A DNA stretch of 64,000 nucleotides, from NCBI GenBank assembly GCA_030141605.1, contig JAQGDQ010000090.1, forward strand, positions 558,001 through 622,000, given 5' to 3'. The first letter of the stretch is position 1. Each line of letters starts with the position of its first letter. This document shows, piece by piece, positions 24,831 through 37,565 of this stretch. Both the position numbers and the translations under genes were made by a program. Origin of the DNA: Tubiluchus corallicola. Taxonomy: Eukaryota; Animalia; Priapulida. A model generated the notes under the pieces. It made no database searches. It worked only from the letters and a program-made list of their open reading frames with translations, and was not told the DNA's origin.

Positions 24831-27344
24831 AATTCTAACTGATAGACTTAAATGAATAACATAGTTGAATTAATGTTACCTGTTACCAGTGACGTAGTGC
24901 TGTGGGAATAGGTGAGATTAACAGGTTTCCTTACTCTGTTGGAAGAGGGATTGATGTTCCTCGTTATTTCAAGTTAATTTTAACTGACATTTTTCATATA
25001 GTTTATCCATTCCATGCGTAGACCTACAATAATATTCTAGTGGAAACGTATCTGAATACAGTAGTAATATACAAACGTCGAACTTAATGTAGCTTTACGT
25101 CAAAAATATTAGAACGAATCATAATTTGGACAATTTGTCTGTTCGACTCTTATATTTTACTAGTAAATAATCGCTTCCGGTTCAGCCAATGCTCATGCAG
25201 CAACTTCTGACTTGCGACTAGAGGGAGCTGCTTATATTATTCATTTATAAAGCATACAATTTTATACAGATAATAATACAGTTACACAAACACAAAATAT
25301 ACCTACATACAAAGGCTCATAATTTGACCTAATCCTCTATTTGCTGGGCATATTGACGGTAATTGGAGAGAGACTTATTTCATCCTTTATAAACAATAAA
25401 TACCTAACGCGCATTATCTTCGTATGTCAGAAAAATAAAAATTATTGTACTATATTTAAAGAAAATTGTACCAGGTAACATTAATTTTACACGTGATTAC
25501 ATTATCGGTTAATTTTTTGGTATAACAATATCGGGAGTTTATTACATTATAAGCTGTAACAAGCTCTTTTTGTTATAAGCGGTTAAATGGCTGGAAAATT
25601 GAGGATATGTAGACAGAAGAATCTGCTTTTCAGCAGTGACATGAAACCTAATCGAAATCGAAAACAATTGTCAACTTAATGAAGACGAAAACGCTCGAAT
25701 GGCTCTTCGAACATGGTTCTTAATTATCATTTGAACTTGTGTGCCAGATTCCTATAATTACGTTATTAACGTACGCGTTCATTATGGGAGTCGCAGCTTA
25801 ATGATAGGCCTAATTACAGACACAGCTATATTATAATCAATACTCCATTAATAGGTCAAGGCATTAGTTTTGGTTAGTGGCATTAATTTGTGGTCGGACG
25901 TCAATGCGTTTCATACAAGAAAGTGAAATCAACACACCTTACACTAAGAATAAAGCCTGCAAATTTATAAAAAAAAAAAATTGTGTTAAATTTTTGAGTG
26001 CTCTCACAAGGTAAGTTATTATAGTTAGATTGAAAATGCAGCCCAAGAATACTGATTCTTATTACTAATTTGCCAGTGACAGCTGTCGATATTCTCGATA
26101 CTCTCCATGAAGCAAGCGAGATTGTAGTTACCAGATAAACAACATTCTGGTTCAAAACTTCTAAGGTAAGAGACCTGGGGAAAGCTGTATTTAATATATA
26201 CGTTATATATCTGTTTAAACTTTATTTATATATTGTGGTCTTAAAAGCTTCATCAGGCAAATGACCTAGAAAGTAGCAAAAGAATGATCTATAATATGCA
26301 AAACAGTAGTAAAATATTTATTCCGAGCAAACTGTCGGGGCTTAAACATTAACGGATAGTATCCTAAGAGCATCTTCTATAGAAGCAAATGAACTTAGAC
26401 AAAAATTAGACAGAACCAGATAAACCGTTTGATTTCGCAGCTTATCAAGTACCGGCGTTAAACTAACAAGCTGAGGTGCCGTCCCAGTTGTAGTTGTAGT
26501 ACTCTATGTAAGCAGCCACATGTTCTCAACTCAAGAAACGGGAAAAGATGTGCATAATTTTCTTATAATTAAAGATGCAAAATTAACAATATATTGCGAT
26601 CTACGTCAACTCCTTCTTGTCATCATCATGTAGGCCTATCCATTACGCTTATTGTGAACTTTGGTTATGCAAATTTCTAAAATGAAAGAAATCTGCGCTG
26701 ATAACAGTTAATCACAACAATAATCTGGCAAAAACTAGACACATTCTATGCCAGTAACATATCAGCAAAAAAGTATCAGCTCTCATTTGGTAGAATTTAC
26801 CATTTTTTCAATGTATTTTATGATGTGTAGAAATTCAAGAACCCCCGTTCATGTCAGTACTTTGACTAGTTTGATAATAAGATCCAATACTGAATATCAA
26901 TCTTTAATAACAAGCTTAATTACAAAAATTTTAATCAGCAGTATCAAAATTTATATTAGATTTTAATATTCATTTCTTAGTTTTCAATAAAGAACAGCAT
27001 TCTTTGAAATTCTACAGAAACTACACATCATGAAATGCACTGAAAATATGATTGGGATTGTAGTAATATGCACTAAATAAAACACTGAATGACTTTACGG
27101 AGCTCTTTCTTTAGTGCTTTTTGTGTGTGTTACGAAAAAACTTTTATCGATGTACTCTAAAATAAGAGTGGTGTTCTTTCTTAAGTCTTCTGTCATCATA
27201 GTTCTCAGCATATTAAATCCAGGCTTATCTGTAACTTCCTAATTTGGAATTTGCAAAGATTCCACAAGAAAACAACAAATTGGGCGAAAATGATGAAGGA
27301 GATACAAATGAAAGCACGTGGTGAAAATGGAATGCATGTGATGC

Positions 27345-27790
27345 AAAGCTGGAGGTAGTAGCGATGCTGGTGAGACACCATTAGTGGCGGAGATAGCGGC
27401 GATGGTAGCGGTGGTGGTAGAGGTAGAGGTAGTGGTGGTGTCGTTGGCAGTCATTGAAGTCTACATGAATGCGAATACCGTATTATACCGTGTTTTGATG
27501 GTGGCAATAGTGTTCACCAGGCTTCTGGATTATCAGTGTGACAACGAGCCAGCATGACGTTTCTATGGTGTTGTTGTTATCATTGCCTCCGTTGTGGTTG
27601 ACACTCCTCCCACAGTTGTTGTGGTTGTGGCTGTTACTACTCTGCTATTGCTCTTATTGCTGTGCTTGCTGATGTTAGCGACACTGCCGTTGTTGTTAGT
27701 AAAAGTGTGGTAGTGGTGGTGGTGGCAGTGGTGAGGTGGGGGCTGCTGTTGCTCATAGTGACGGTGAAGATTATAACGAAGATGATAGGA
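27345..27790. repeat. Degenerate GGT/GTT/GCT trinucleotide low-complexity region
   Basis: Decayed triplet repeats with stop codons in the apparent reading frames. Confidence 0.7.
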
Positions 27791-28809
27791 ACAATGATAA
27801 GCAGTATAATTAACAACTTTTGATTTGGCTTATAATTTTTAGCATTAGGTGTTTATCTGTCATTTTTGCCATAGTTTTAAGGCGTCTGCCATTCCTAAAG
27901 TTTTCCCAAAGTGTTCCCTCTTTTAACTGAGAATCTGTGATGTAATAGCTTTGTAATGAAGTAATAGCTTTGTAATGAAGATATAGCTTTGTAGTTTAAA
28001 AGATGCACTCTTCTAGACTACTAATGAAGCGCCTACGTGCTTAGTGCACTGTGACATTTCTGAAATACTTCAAGTTTTTATGAGATATAAATCTGTTTTT
28101 TTCCAGCACTTATTAATCATCCGCCAGATGCACAAACCGTGCTCGTCACAGATGCTTCTCGTAATCCGTTTGTAATAATTTATTCAATCAATCACCGCGG
28201 TTTACTGAAGTCGTCGTTTATTACATATTACATGACGGAGAGCAATTGCGGGAAAATAATGCCATTATACGTCAAAGTTTTCTCTGCTTTGAAACCTGCA
28301 AACGACGTGGCCGTCTTAAGAAAAATTGCTTTATAGTTAACCGGGCACTTTGCATGGAGTGGGGATTTCCATGTCCTTTTGTATTTCTGACATTTTAGAT
28401 TGAGCGTATTCGGTATCAGCAGCATATGCGTACGTTTCTAAGCCTACTTATCGTGCACTTAAATGGCAAGAATAATAGGAAGAAATTCGAACTTCGTTGC
28501 TCTTAAAGTATTTCAAAAAACCTTTTCTTGCACGAAGTCCTCACAGCGACTCTATCAATGTCGTCACTACAGACGTGGCCAATCGATAAATCCACTCTGG
28601 TTTATTAATTTTGCCTAAAATACCATTACGTAGTACACTTAAGCCTTCAGAAAATCGCATTATCCCAAAGCTTATATAACTCGCCTGAATTATATAGTCA
28701 TAAGCGCGTAAGTCATCTAACAACCACAAGGGCTCAGGAAAAACTTGGAGATAAAATACTATAATTGTGTATTATAGTAACCACAGGAACCACAGGAATA
28801 TCAACATTA

Positions 28810-29050
28810 ACTGCAACGAAAGCAACAACAAAATGTCAACAACAATAAAACGACAACGACCAATGGCAACAAGCAACAATGACACCGACAGCGAAAGCGG
28901 CAGCGGCTACAGTAACAATACAGTACAGTGACAACTAAAACTGTAACAGCAATAGCAGCAACAGCAACAGCCACGACGACAACAACAACACAACAGCAGC
29001 AGTTGTAGCAGCAGCAGCAGTAGTAGCAGCAACAACAACAACAACAACAA
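28810..29050. repeat. Degenerate (CAA/CAG)n microsatellite
   Basis: Triplet repeats; they give the spurious poly-Cys ORF on the minus strand. Confidence 0.85.
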
Positions 29051-32000
29051 AATGTCCGAGTCATTGTAAACGCATCATGTTGCAGAATTATCGCCATGAA
29101 TACTGACTCCGCAATTTAATAAAAGAGGACTAGGACTTTTAGATTAAAGACCCCCTGCCGCTTTCACCAGATTCTAACTGAACTCGACGTTTCTGATATT
29201 ACGCCTTTTAGTGCTAACTTTAAGAGACCTCTGCTGCTGTTGTATATATTAGTAATGCTATACAGACTGGCTCGTGCGTCGATTAAGAGCAGCTGCTGCT
29301 TCTGAGATTTTTGTTAATAATTAATAAAGATGTAAACAGTAGAGCAGGTAAGTTATATATATAGCGAGTGCCGTATTCATCTGCAGTTTGCTGTGAGACT
29401 TAACATTAAATGTTGCGTGAAAATTTGAAACATCTTCTACAATCGAATAAACTCGTAGCTGGTTGTAAAACCTATAATGTTTTCTGAATCTCCTGAAAAT
29501 CTCTTGTGAACAGAAGGTTATCTTATGCGTGAGTTAGATGCAATTTCATTACACCTGGGAGCCTCTGCAACATCGTCTGAACAATTTACTGTAGCTTTGA
29601 ATATTTTTATCCTGTCTTCATCTTATGACGCTCGTTAGTCAGTAAAAGTTTAAAACTTTTTTAAAAATTGACGAATGATGACGAAGGTCACGATACTGAT
29701 GACGATGATGGTAATGGTGATGACACGAGGACGACGACAACGTCGCTGATGATGATTGCGATGATAGTGAGGTAGTACTACTCGTGGTGTTGTCGATGAT
29801 GATGACAGTTATATTCATTATAATTAAACTAGGTGAAATTATATTCAGCTTTCTACATGCGTAATTCGAAAAAACTAACTAGCCTACAACTTAAGTTCTG
29901 TTATAATTTATTTATTTCGTGCTTCTATTATTATAACCTCACTAACCTTTTAGAAAATTACCCATAATTCATGCGAGTTAGAGCTCCGTTCGTAATTCAG
30001 AGACCGGATGTATTTACTAAGTCGGGATATTCACTAAGTCCGTGCGAGTCACAATTCGTCTTTGAAGCTTTTGTAGTTCAAATTATTATATGTCAAAGTT
30101 CATGTAAAAATAGCCGAGAATCAGACAGACAGGCAAGGAGATCTTTTGCGAAAATGTATAAAATAGATCCAGTTAATGTAAAAACTGTAAACACATCTAT
30201 AAAACACAAACACAGAAGAGCAAACTATAAAATTGTTAGCTCAATTCTAGTACATTTGTCAAATGATTGGCATTCAAAAGCAAGACTGAGTTTGCGAGGT
30301 ATTTCATCAGATGAAAATTCCTGGAAGCAGTTTGATGTAATAGTTGTATATATAGATCAGTACGCCATAACTATGTAATATAAGTAAGTTTCACAACTTG
30401 TTATAATTCTTGGCAAATCTTGTGATGGGCATTACCACAAGAAATTTTCAATCAGCCTTTCCATTATGTAGGATGTAGTATTGATGTGATAAAAAGAGCT
30501 TGTTTATTACTCTATTACGTGTAAGCTTTGGAGCACCAACAGCCAAATTAGTCGTAAATGTACTAATATCAAGAGATAATAACTGTGGTTAATGATGTTC
30601 CATGAGCTAAAGGATGGGGCACTGACGAAAAGATGCTTGTGTAGTTTCTTCATAATTTAGCTGAATTCCAATTGATGATGAATGAGAATGCTCAGAGAAA
30701 ATCAAAACGAGTAAACCATCTATGTAATTTTGAAAAAATCTCCACTTGGGATGAAATTATTAGTATTTCTACAGCTTTTCAAATCATTTTACGTTAACTT
30801 GAAACATTACTCATGACTCAACGTAATTTCGCAACTATACGGCTGTGACATTTTCTTCAGAATGACGTGGAACACATTTACCGAAGAAATTTCATTTTCC
30901 CCTCAAGCGAAAGTGCGGCAATCTATTTGTTGCGGTCCATTTGGTTGTCAATGGCCTATTTTCCAAACGTTCAATTAAGCGTTAGGCCTTCTTACAGAGA
31001 GTTCTCGCACGAGAGAAGACTGTGAAATGCACAAAAGAAGATAACATGAAGGTGGTACAGAGGTCTGAGAGTTGTTATCTGCAGACTTAGCCTTTGCCAG
31101 CAAAAATCGCTACTTCTAATGATGTTCAGGTTTAATTTCCGTTTGGATTCTGCGCTTCCTTAATTACTACGTCCTATTCTTACACAAACTAATCCAAACT
31201 TTGAATGATGACACTAAGGACGCTTGGAGATGTGGAATGAATACAACTGAATTGAATGACTACTTTTAGAACAGTCAAGATGTGTAAGATTCAAGACATG
31301 GCTGTTGTCACCAGTTTCAAGCTTCATAAAGTCACAACAAAAAAACTTGTTTACAAGAACATAAAATTCCGATGACAGATCGCACGCAGAAGAACCTCTA
31401 AAATAACATCGCTCCGGTTTTCTAGAATTTTTATTATAATTCCTCAAATTTTTTCAGTAAAATTTACCCGAAATGTGAACCAGTGTGAACTTCCTAAAAT
31501 TAAGCGTCCTGTAATCATGCAATATCCAATAATCATGCAGTCGGGTTACTTTTATCTAACTTGAGCAATACTAAACTTGAGTAAGTTAATCAATGAGTGT
31601 TCAAACTGACGTTACTCAAACTACATTGCACAAATTTTCGAGAATTACTCAGTTTGAAAGTTTTGCTTCAGTCTCTAGTTACTGGTTTTGTGTAAGTAAC
31701 AATATATTACAGAAGACAATTATAATGATCTACTGTTTAAAATATTTTTTTTCTAACTCAGACTTTAATACTAATTGAAATTGAGTTACAATAAATTTCA
31801 TAGTTGCACGCTGGTAAAAGGGAATACATGATGTCATGAGATTACGCATTAGCGTAGAGATAAACTTGAAATTTGAATTATTGTAAACTTAAATTTGCCA
31901 AGTTTTTGTCTTTTTTCTCAATGTCAGACAACAGTTCAATATACCTCTATTTTCCAAGTACATAAACATGGGAAGTTTTGACATTAGAAAATTTTTACTC

Positions 32001-32127
32001 AAAGAGACATCGTCATTGTCTGCTAATGTTTAAATTTCTAGGGTAATCTTTAATTTTAAGAAACCGGTATAGGAAAACACAAGGATATTTCTGCAAACGT
32101 TACCTCGTTTTCACCTAAAATAATGTA

Positions 32128-32600
32128 TTTTTTATTTATTTTATTTTTTATTGACATTTATACGCATATTAAAATAGTATGAAAGAAAGTAATTAGCAGG
32201 AGCAAGCGCGCTTACGCTGATCACATGAAACATAAAATTTATAAAAACAATACCCTGAAATTGAATACATATAATTAAAAGGCTTCTTATTCATTCAAAT
32301 GAATATTCATACTTTTACATTTTATAGAATAATATGGTATGGAGAAATCAATTAGGCCTAATGATTTTACATGATTGGGAGAAAGTCGCAATAAGGCAGT
32401 AACGTTAACTAATCGATTGCTAAAAACTGATAAATTAGTAGCATCAACTACCTGAGAATCCAGAACATTCCAAATGTTTTCAACTCTGTCAGCAAATGAG
32501 AAAAATTGTTTGATCTCGGAGAAGGCGTAAACAGTTTAAAGTTGTGATCACGCAATTAATTGGTTGAAACACGCTGGAAAAAATCATCAATATTTAACTT
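32128..32600 (-). mobile_element. 3' fragment of a CR1-clade LINE (ORF2 C-terminus, 3'UTR and A-rich tail), decayed
   Basis: Minus strand translates KLNIDDFFQRVSTN*LRDHNFKLF...(frameshift)...QFFSFADRVENIWNVLDSQVVDATNLSVFSNRLVN. This matches the CR1 ORF2 end 'RGHxxKL...FFSxRVVxxWNxLPxxVVxAxSxxxFKxRLD'. An AATAAA-type tail lies at about 32128-32152. Confidence 0.8.
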
Positions 32601-32971
32601 CTGAATTTTAAGTATAAATCAAAAAGACGCAATGCCTTTGAAAAAATATTGTTCTGTTTTACTATAACGGCTTCTTAAATTTAAAGATTGGCTTAGAAAC
32701 TGAAGCAAATGAAGCAACATATTTCAGAAATTTGGTACAGTTCACAGAAATTTTACGACAAAGTGCACATGGTTTCATCCTCTGGCTTCACTTACTCGAG
32801 AAGCCATATAGACTCCTGCTTTGCACATAAATTCGTATTTATTTGGCCGTAAAACTTACTAATATAATTCTTATCAATAGTTATTATCGGAAGCACGTTT
32901 TTCTCTTGCTCGAGTAACGAATTAATTCGTTCTCAACGGGCTTCGCTGATTTTAAGTTAAATCATGATAAT

Positions 32972-33076
32972 AATATTAAAATAGTATGAAAGAAAGGAAT
33001 TAGCAGGCCCAAGCGCACTTTCGCTGAACACATAAAACAAAATCTATAAAAGCAATACCCTAAAATTGAACACATC
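32972..33076 (-). mobile_element. Second copy of the CR1 3'UTR segment
   Basis: Direct similarity to 32167-32270 (ATATTAAAATAGTATGAAAGAAAG...TAGCAGG...AAGCGC...CGCTGA...CAATACCCT...AATTGAA). Confidence 0.7.
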
Positions 33077-33660
33077 TCATTACTGAAGTTATTATGAAGC
33101 AAGTCCATTCGAAAATGTAGGTAATAATTATTAATAAGTAATTATACAAGCATTAAAAATTAAGATTCAATATAAGACACAAAATTCACGAATTCATAGT
33201 CTAATGAACGGAGCTAATCACAATACCTACGTAAAAAATTAGTTTTGACGTATTTCTGAAGAAACTGACACAAAAGCGGTTTCCTGGTAACTTTATTTAG
33301 CAAACACTAAGTTTAGAAAGCTTTTTTAAAACAAATCCAGTTACGCACAAAAAAACCCATAGGTCTTAAGGCTAAAACTGAAATTGATCAGGACATCACT
33401 CATTAAGCTAACGATGCGTAACTGCAGTCTTTATGTCACAGACTTTGCTAGTAATAACAAGCCTTATCATTGTCCGCTGCATGTCAGTAATTGAAACGAA
33501 CTCTTGTCAACATCTTCTGATTCTTTGCGGGAAATTCCAAGAAACTTTATTTATTGTGCAGGAGCTGGGGGATTTTAGCTGTAATTTAAAAACTACAAAA
33601 ACAGTAGGAAAGTAACCTTCTCTTATAAAGTTGTCAAATTTTACGACTCATTCATAGAAG

Positions 33661-33780
33661 GTTTTGGCGCAGTTTTTACAGGCGGATGCCCTTCCTGACC
33701 CTAACCCCCTCCCTATTTATCCGGGCTTGGGACCGGCACTGAGTTGGGCTGGCTTGCTACCCCCCCCCGTTGGCTAGGTT
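33661..33780 (-). mobile_element. RTE-clade retrotransposon-like 5' leader or RTE-derived SINE fragment carrying the twister ribozyme
   Basis: GC-rich 120-bp island in AT-rich intron. The ribozyme is followed by GTCAGGAAGGGCATCCGCCTGTAAAAACTGCGCCAAA, a motif I recognise from animal RTE-type 5' regions. No ORF follows. Confidence 0.6.
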
Positions 33781-33781
33781 T
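33701..33781 (-). ncRNA. Twister self-cleaving ribozyme (type P1 core with a P3 insertion; 5' strand of P1 missing)
   Basis: Minus strand reads A^AA-CCUA-GCC-AA[P3 insert]AG-UGCCGGUCCCAAGCCCGGAUAAA-UAGG-GAGGG-GGUUAG. The 23-nt core (33716-33738) is identical to the rice twister core as I recall it. P2 is CCUA/UAGG (rice has CACU/AGUG), and GAGGG with the catalytic G is conserved. Confidence 0.85.
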
Positions 33782-35044
33782 AAATCTACATAGATAACCA
33801 TCAATAATTACATACAAAGTCTCATTTATATTATATTAACTTGGAAATTTAATTAAGTGCCAAAGAGGGCAGCTAGCCATGACGTTAGAACTGAGTAAAA
33901 TCCAACACACAGCAGAAGCTGTACCTTGCACTTGTTGCGTGTATTTGTGAGAGTGAAAACAAAAACATTGCATTCGGTGCATTGCTGTGTGACAGTGACA
34001 ATGTAACCCAAAAACGCGATAAATTTTAAGTTCACAATTTCAATTCTCAGATTTTTTATGGGGTTTTTCATTTCCCTACGTCATAAAGAAATACGTTATG
34101 CTGATCAGAGCACATATTTTATGCGCAACATGTACCGAAAATTTGGAGCTGCTATATTCATCTAAGAGTGTATGGCGAGACCGTGAAACTGAAAAATAAA
34201 ACAATATCTCCCATTTCATTTTAAATTTTAGAAAATTAAGCTGCGGTCTAAAATTGAGTACTGCTAAAATCTACATTGTACACTGTGCACAGATAGACAA
34301 AGATGTATTGACATATGTGACATGTAATTATACTAAATGTGTTATTTCTTTGCAGATAAACGTACTAATCCATTATGTGACGTCTAACCCATGTAAATAT
34401 CATTCTAATAATTATTGTCCATCGTGATGTTATAATTCGTTGATGATTGTTTTTATTTTATCGCGATCTAAGAACCAATATGCCGATCTATAGCAACACT
34501 AAACCCTAAATTTATTCTTTTCTGGCTGATCTATTAAACTTTCAACACTTTCACTTTTAAAAAACAAATAAAAATACTTTAAAGTTTAATCTCTTATTCT
34601 ATTACAAAATCAAAATACAAGAATCGACAAAGTTGCCTAAAACAGTTGCCAAAATTGATTACCCACGGTTCATACTGCATAGCACTGACTATTCTTCAGC
34701 CGATCTGACTCAAAGTTTGCTTCACAGACTATCATGGACGATACGAGTATTGGGTGTTTTTCATGTTTAATGTCTCTGGCAATAAGAAGTTTTCTGTAAT
34801 AGATAAGCTTGACAGTTGATGCTTGTCCAAAGTAACAAATGCGCACTATAATTATGATGCTGGGTAATTATTCATTGTGTCAGTAAGCAAACTGTTTCAA
34901 GATTAGCTCAATGAAAATGACAGTAACAAGCGCAACATTGCCGTTCTAATTTAGCAATAAACTTGAAGGTCAAAGCAGTGCAGAACTGTTTAGTTTCAAG
35001 TAAACTGTTTTGTACTCTCCATTTCTCGTCCTTCCTGTCGCTGC

Positions 35045-35210
<166 letters not shown>

Positions 35211-35994
35211 TTTTCAGAAACTGCTGAAATTGACAAACCTCCAAGTTACACTGAGTTTGGCTCTTCTATGACAGTGCGCATGTATTTTCATAACAGTGAC
35301 AATAGCTGACTTGACATCTAAGTTTTTGTCTCGCTCTGCTAAAAGCGTTACCTAGCGGTTGTAATTGTTTCTAAATGGACCTAAAAGTGTGTGCTAATTT
35401 CCCGTTGTACTACTGTCTCTTTTAATCAGTTAAATGATAATGTCTACCAATCCACTTTCTTGCACACACAGTCGAACTCACAACACACAGTCGAACTTGC
35501 ACACACTTTTATTCAACTTGCAACAACAGATACTAATTTCGGCTCATTTCCAAAAAAAACATCGAAACAATGTGCTAAGCAATTGTAACTATACTGGTTT
35601 ATATCACTTATTATAAGTTATTATTATAACTCATAAAGCACACATTACTATAGAAAAATTATCAATGGCGTGGTGCAAAAAGTTTTGCCCATTAGATTTT
35701 TAATGTACTTTTAATGTAATAGTGTCATTTATGTAAATATTTTAACTACTTTTTCTGTTTAATTTTTGTGAGTTGTAGGATTATGTTTTATAATTAGTTT
35801 TTTAATAATTTTGTTTTTATGGCTTTAGACTTTGTATGCCAGCTGAAATAAAGAACGAAATAAATAATAAGTAAAAAGTAGACTGAGCAAAAACGTATAC
35901 AACCTATACAATACATTCATTAAAATGCTAATTCACGCTAACATAACAATAATTCGTTAAAACTTTGTAAAATAGATGTTTTTTCTGTTTTTTC

Positions 35995-37270
35995 CTTATA
36001 ACAGTTTATTGCTTATAAGTACTTACCACAATAAGAAATATAAGTTCTCAGTACAAAATCAGAAATTATTATCAATGGTGAAGTACAAGATAAACGAATG
36101 ACACATTAAAAAATCACACAAATTATGATAAACTCGCCAGAAATCTAAAAGATCACTTGAAATTATCGTAGATATCACAAAATCGCACGAAACATTAATA
36201 AAAATTACATTATAACATAGCAGAGAGTATTGGCACAAAGTGACAGATAATTACATAGACAGATTATTCCTATAATTTAATAGAGAGTTACGCAATACGC
36301 ATAGCAACTGGAAACAAATTCCATTCTTTTGGGCCTGCAACGGAAAACAATCGATCTGCAAAAGTTCCGCATCCCTATATATTTAAAGGGATTTGTGGAT
36401 TTGTGCCGCAGGCTGTCACTTTCAGGTAAAGCAATCAATGTAATTACAGGTAAAACAAATCTAAAGCTTTCAGACTGTAACGTCACAACTATATAATAAT
36501 TGTACACTTTGACATTAAAAAATTTGATTGAACAGGTAAATTAACAAACAGTTAACTACGGGTGATTTTTTTTAACTGGCGATTGTGTTTGTTATGACAC
36601 TGTGACGGAAGGTGCGTGATGACACTGTGACAGCTTTACGTAATTTATCCTAAGCTACTGTTTTGGTTATACGGTACTTTTCATGGAGGCACCTTTTCAT
36701 GGAGACACAGTTTTCAAAAAGAGAAACTGATATTTTGTCCTGCATAAATACTGCCTAAAAGACAATAGGTTAGAAGATATGATTGATGAACCATATTTTG
36801 GAGATGATAACCAACAATTTAAATTTAACTCTACGTAGTCTTGAAAGCCAAGGCAGACTTTTCATAGCTACAGAGGATGAAATTTTATAATTTGATAGTA
36901 CACTATAATTTTTGTGATTTGATTTTAAACACATTGCACATTATCAATGCAGCAACCAGGTAAACCATAAAATCGAGATGTGAAATTACAGTGCTCGAAC
37001 AACAGTTTTAGCTGCGCTGATACATAAATTTTTTCTAATTTTCCTAATTAAAAATAAATTATATTTGGCTGCTTTGCATCTATCCTGTACATGAGTTCCA
37101 AGAAAGACCATTGTCCAAATAAACTTCCTAAGGTTTTAACACATTCTGATAGTATAATTGATGTATCAGCTACATAAATTGCATCGAATCCAATAAGGCT
37201 AGCAATGATAGGCGTACTTATAAATGGATTTCTCATGATGCCGAACAATTAAAAGTTGTTTGTAGAAAAC
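35995..37270 (-). mobile_element. Decayed, 5'-truncated L2-clade LINE (RT C-terminal half to 3' end), interrupted by an insertion at about 36450-36700
   Basis: Frameshifted minus-strand pieces occur in the correct order: SECVKTLG-x-LDNGLSWN-HVQDRCKAA (about 37150-37070), AAKTVVRAL-ISHLD-YGLPGCCIDNVQCV (about 37015-36930), MKSLPWLSRLRRVKFKLLVII (about 36865-36805) and VSVAGPKEWNLFPVAMR (about 36350-36297). These match the L2 ORF2 motifs KxLGVxLDxxLSW, AKTLVHALVISRLDY, LHWLPVxxRIxFK and GPxxWNxLP. Confidence 0.82.
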
Positions 37271-37516
37271 GTACAGTCGAATTTAGATATGTACATAGAT
37301 GTTTAATATATAGAATAGAAAATAGGGGTACGTGCATCAAAAATAGGTGTATGTAGAGATGTATAAAACAGAATATAAATAGAGAATAGAAATGTATATA
37401 ATAGAATACAACAGAATGTATAGACAGTGCCGGATTATGACCTTTTGAGACCCCTAGGTTGCACTCTATATTATATATAGGGTAATGCAGCCCCGGATAT
37501 AGCATATAAATGCGTG

Positions 37517-37519
<3 letters not shown>

Positions 37520-37561
<42 letters not shown>
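37520..37561. repeat. (AC)n microsatellite
   Basis: About 21 AC units. Confidence 0.93.

Positions 37562-37565
<4 letters not shown>

Noticed and set aside
28541-28740. Possible decayed THAP domain (…HVCSDD) on the minus strand
   Set aside because: Only scattered residues match, across several frames; not enough to call.
29768-29780. let-7-like TGAGGTAGTA
   Set aside because: Only 10 nt match, embedded in a decayed GAT/GGT triplet repeat, with no precursor hairpin.
29971-30378. 135-aa ATG-initiated ORF in the RGK intron
   Set aside because: No domain motif, no coding-like composition and no splice context; likely chance or transposon debris.
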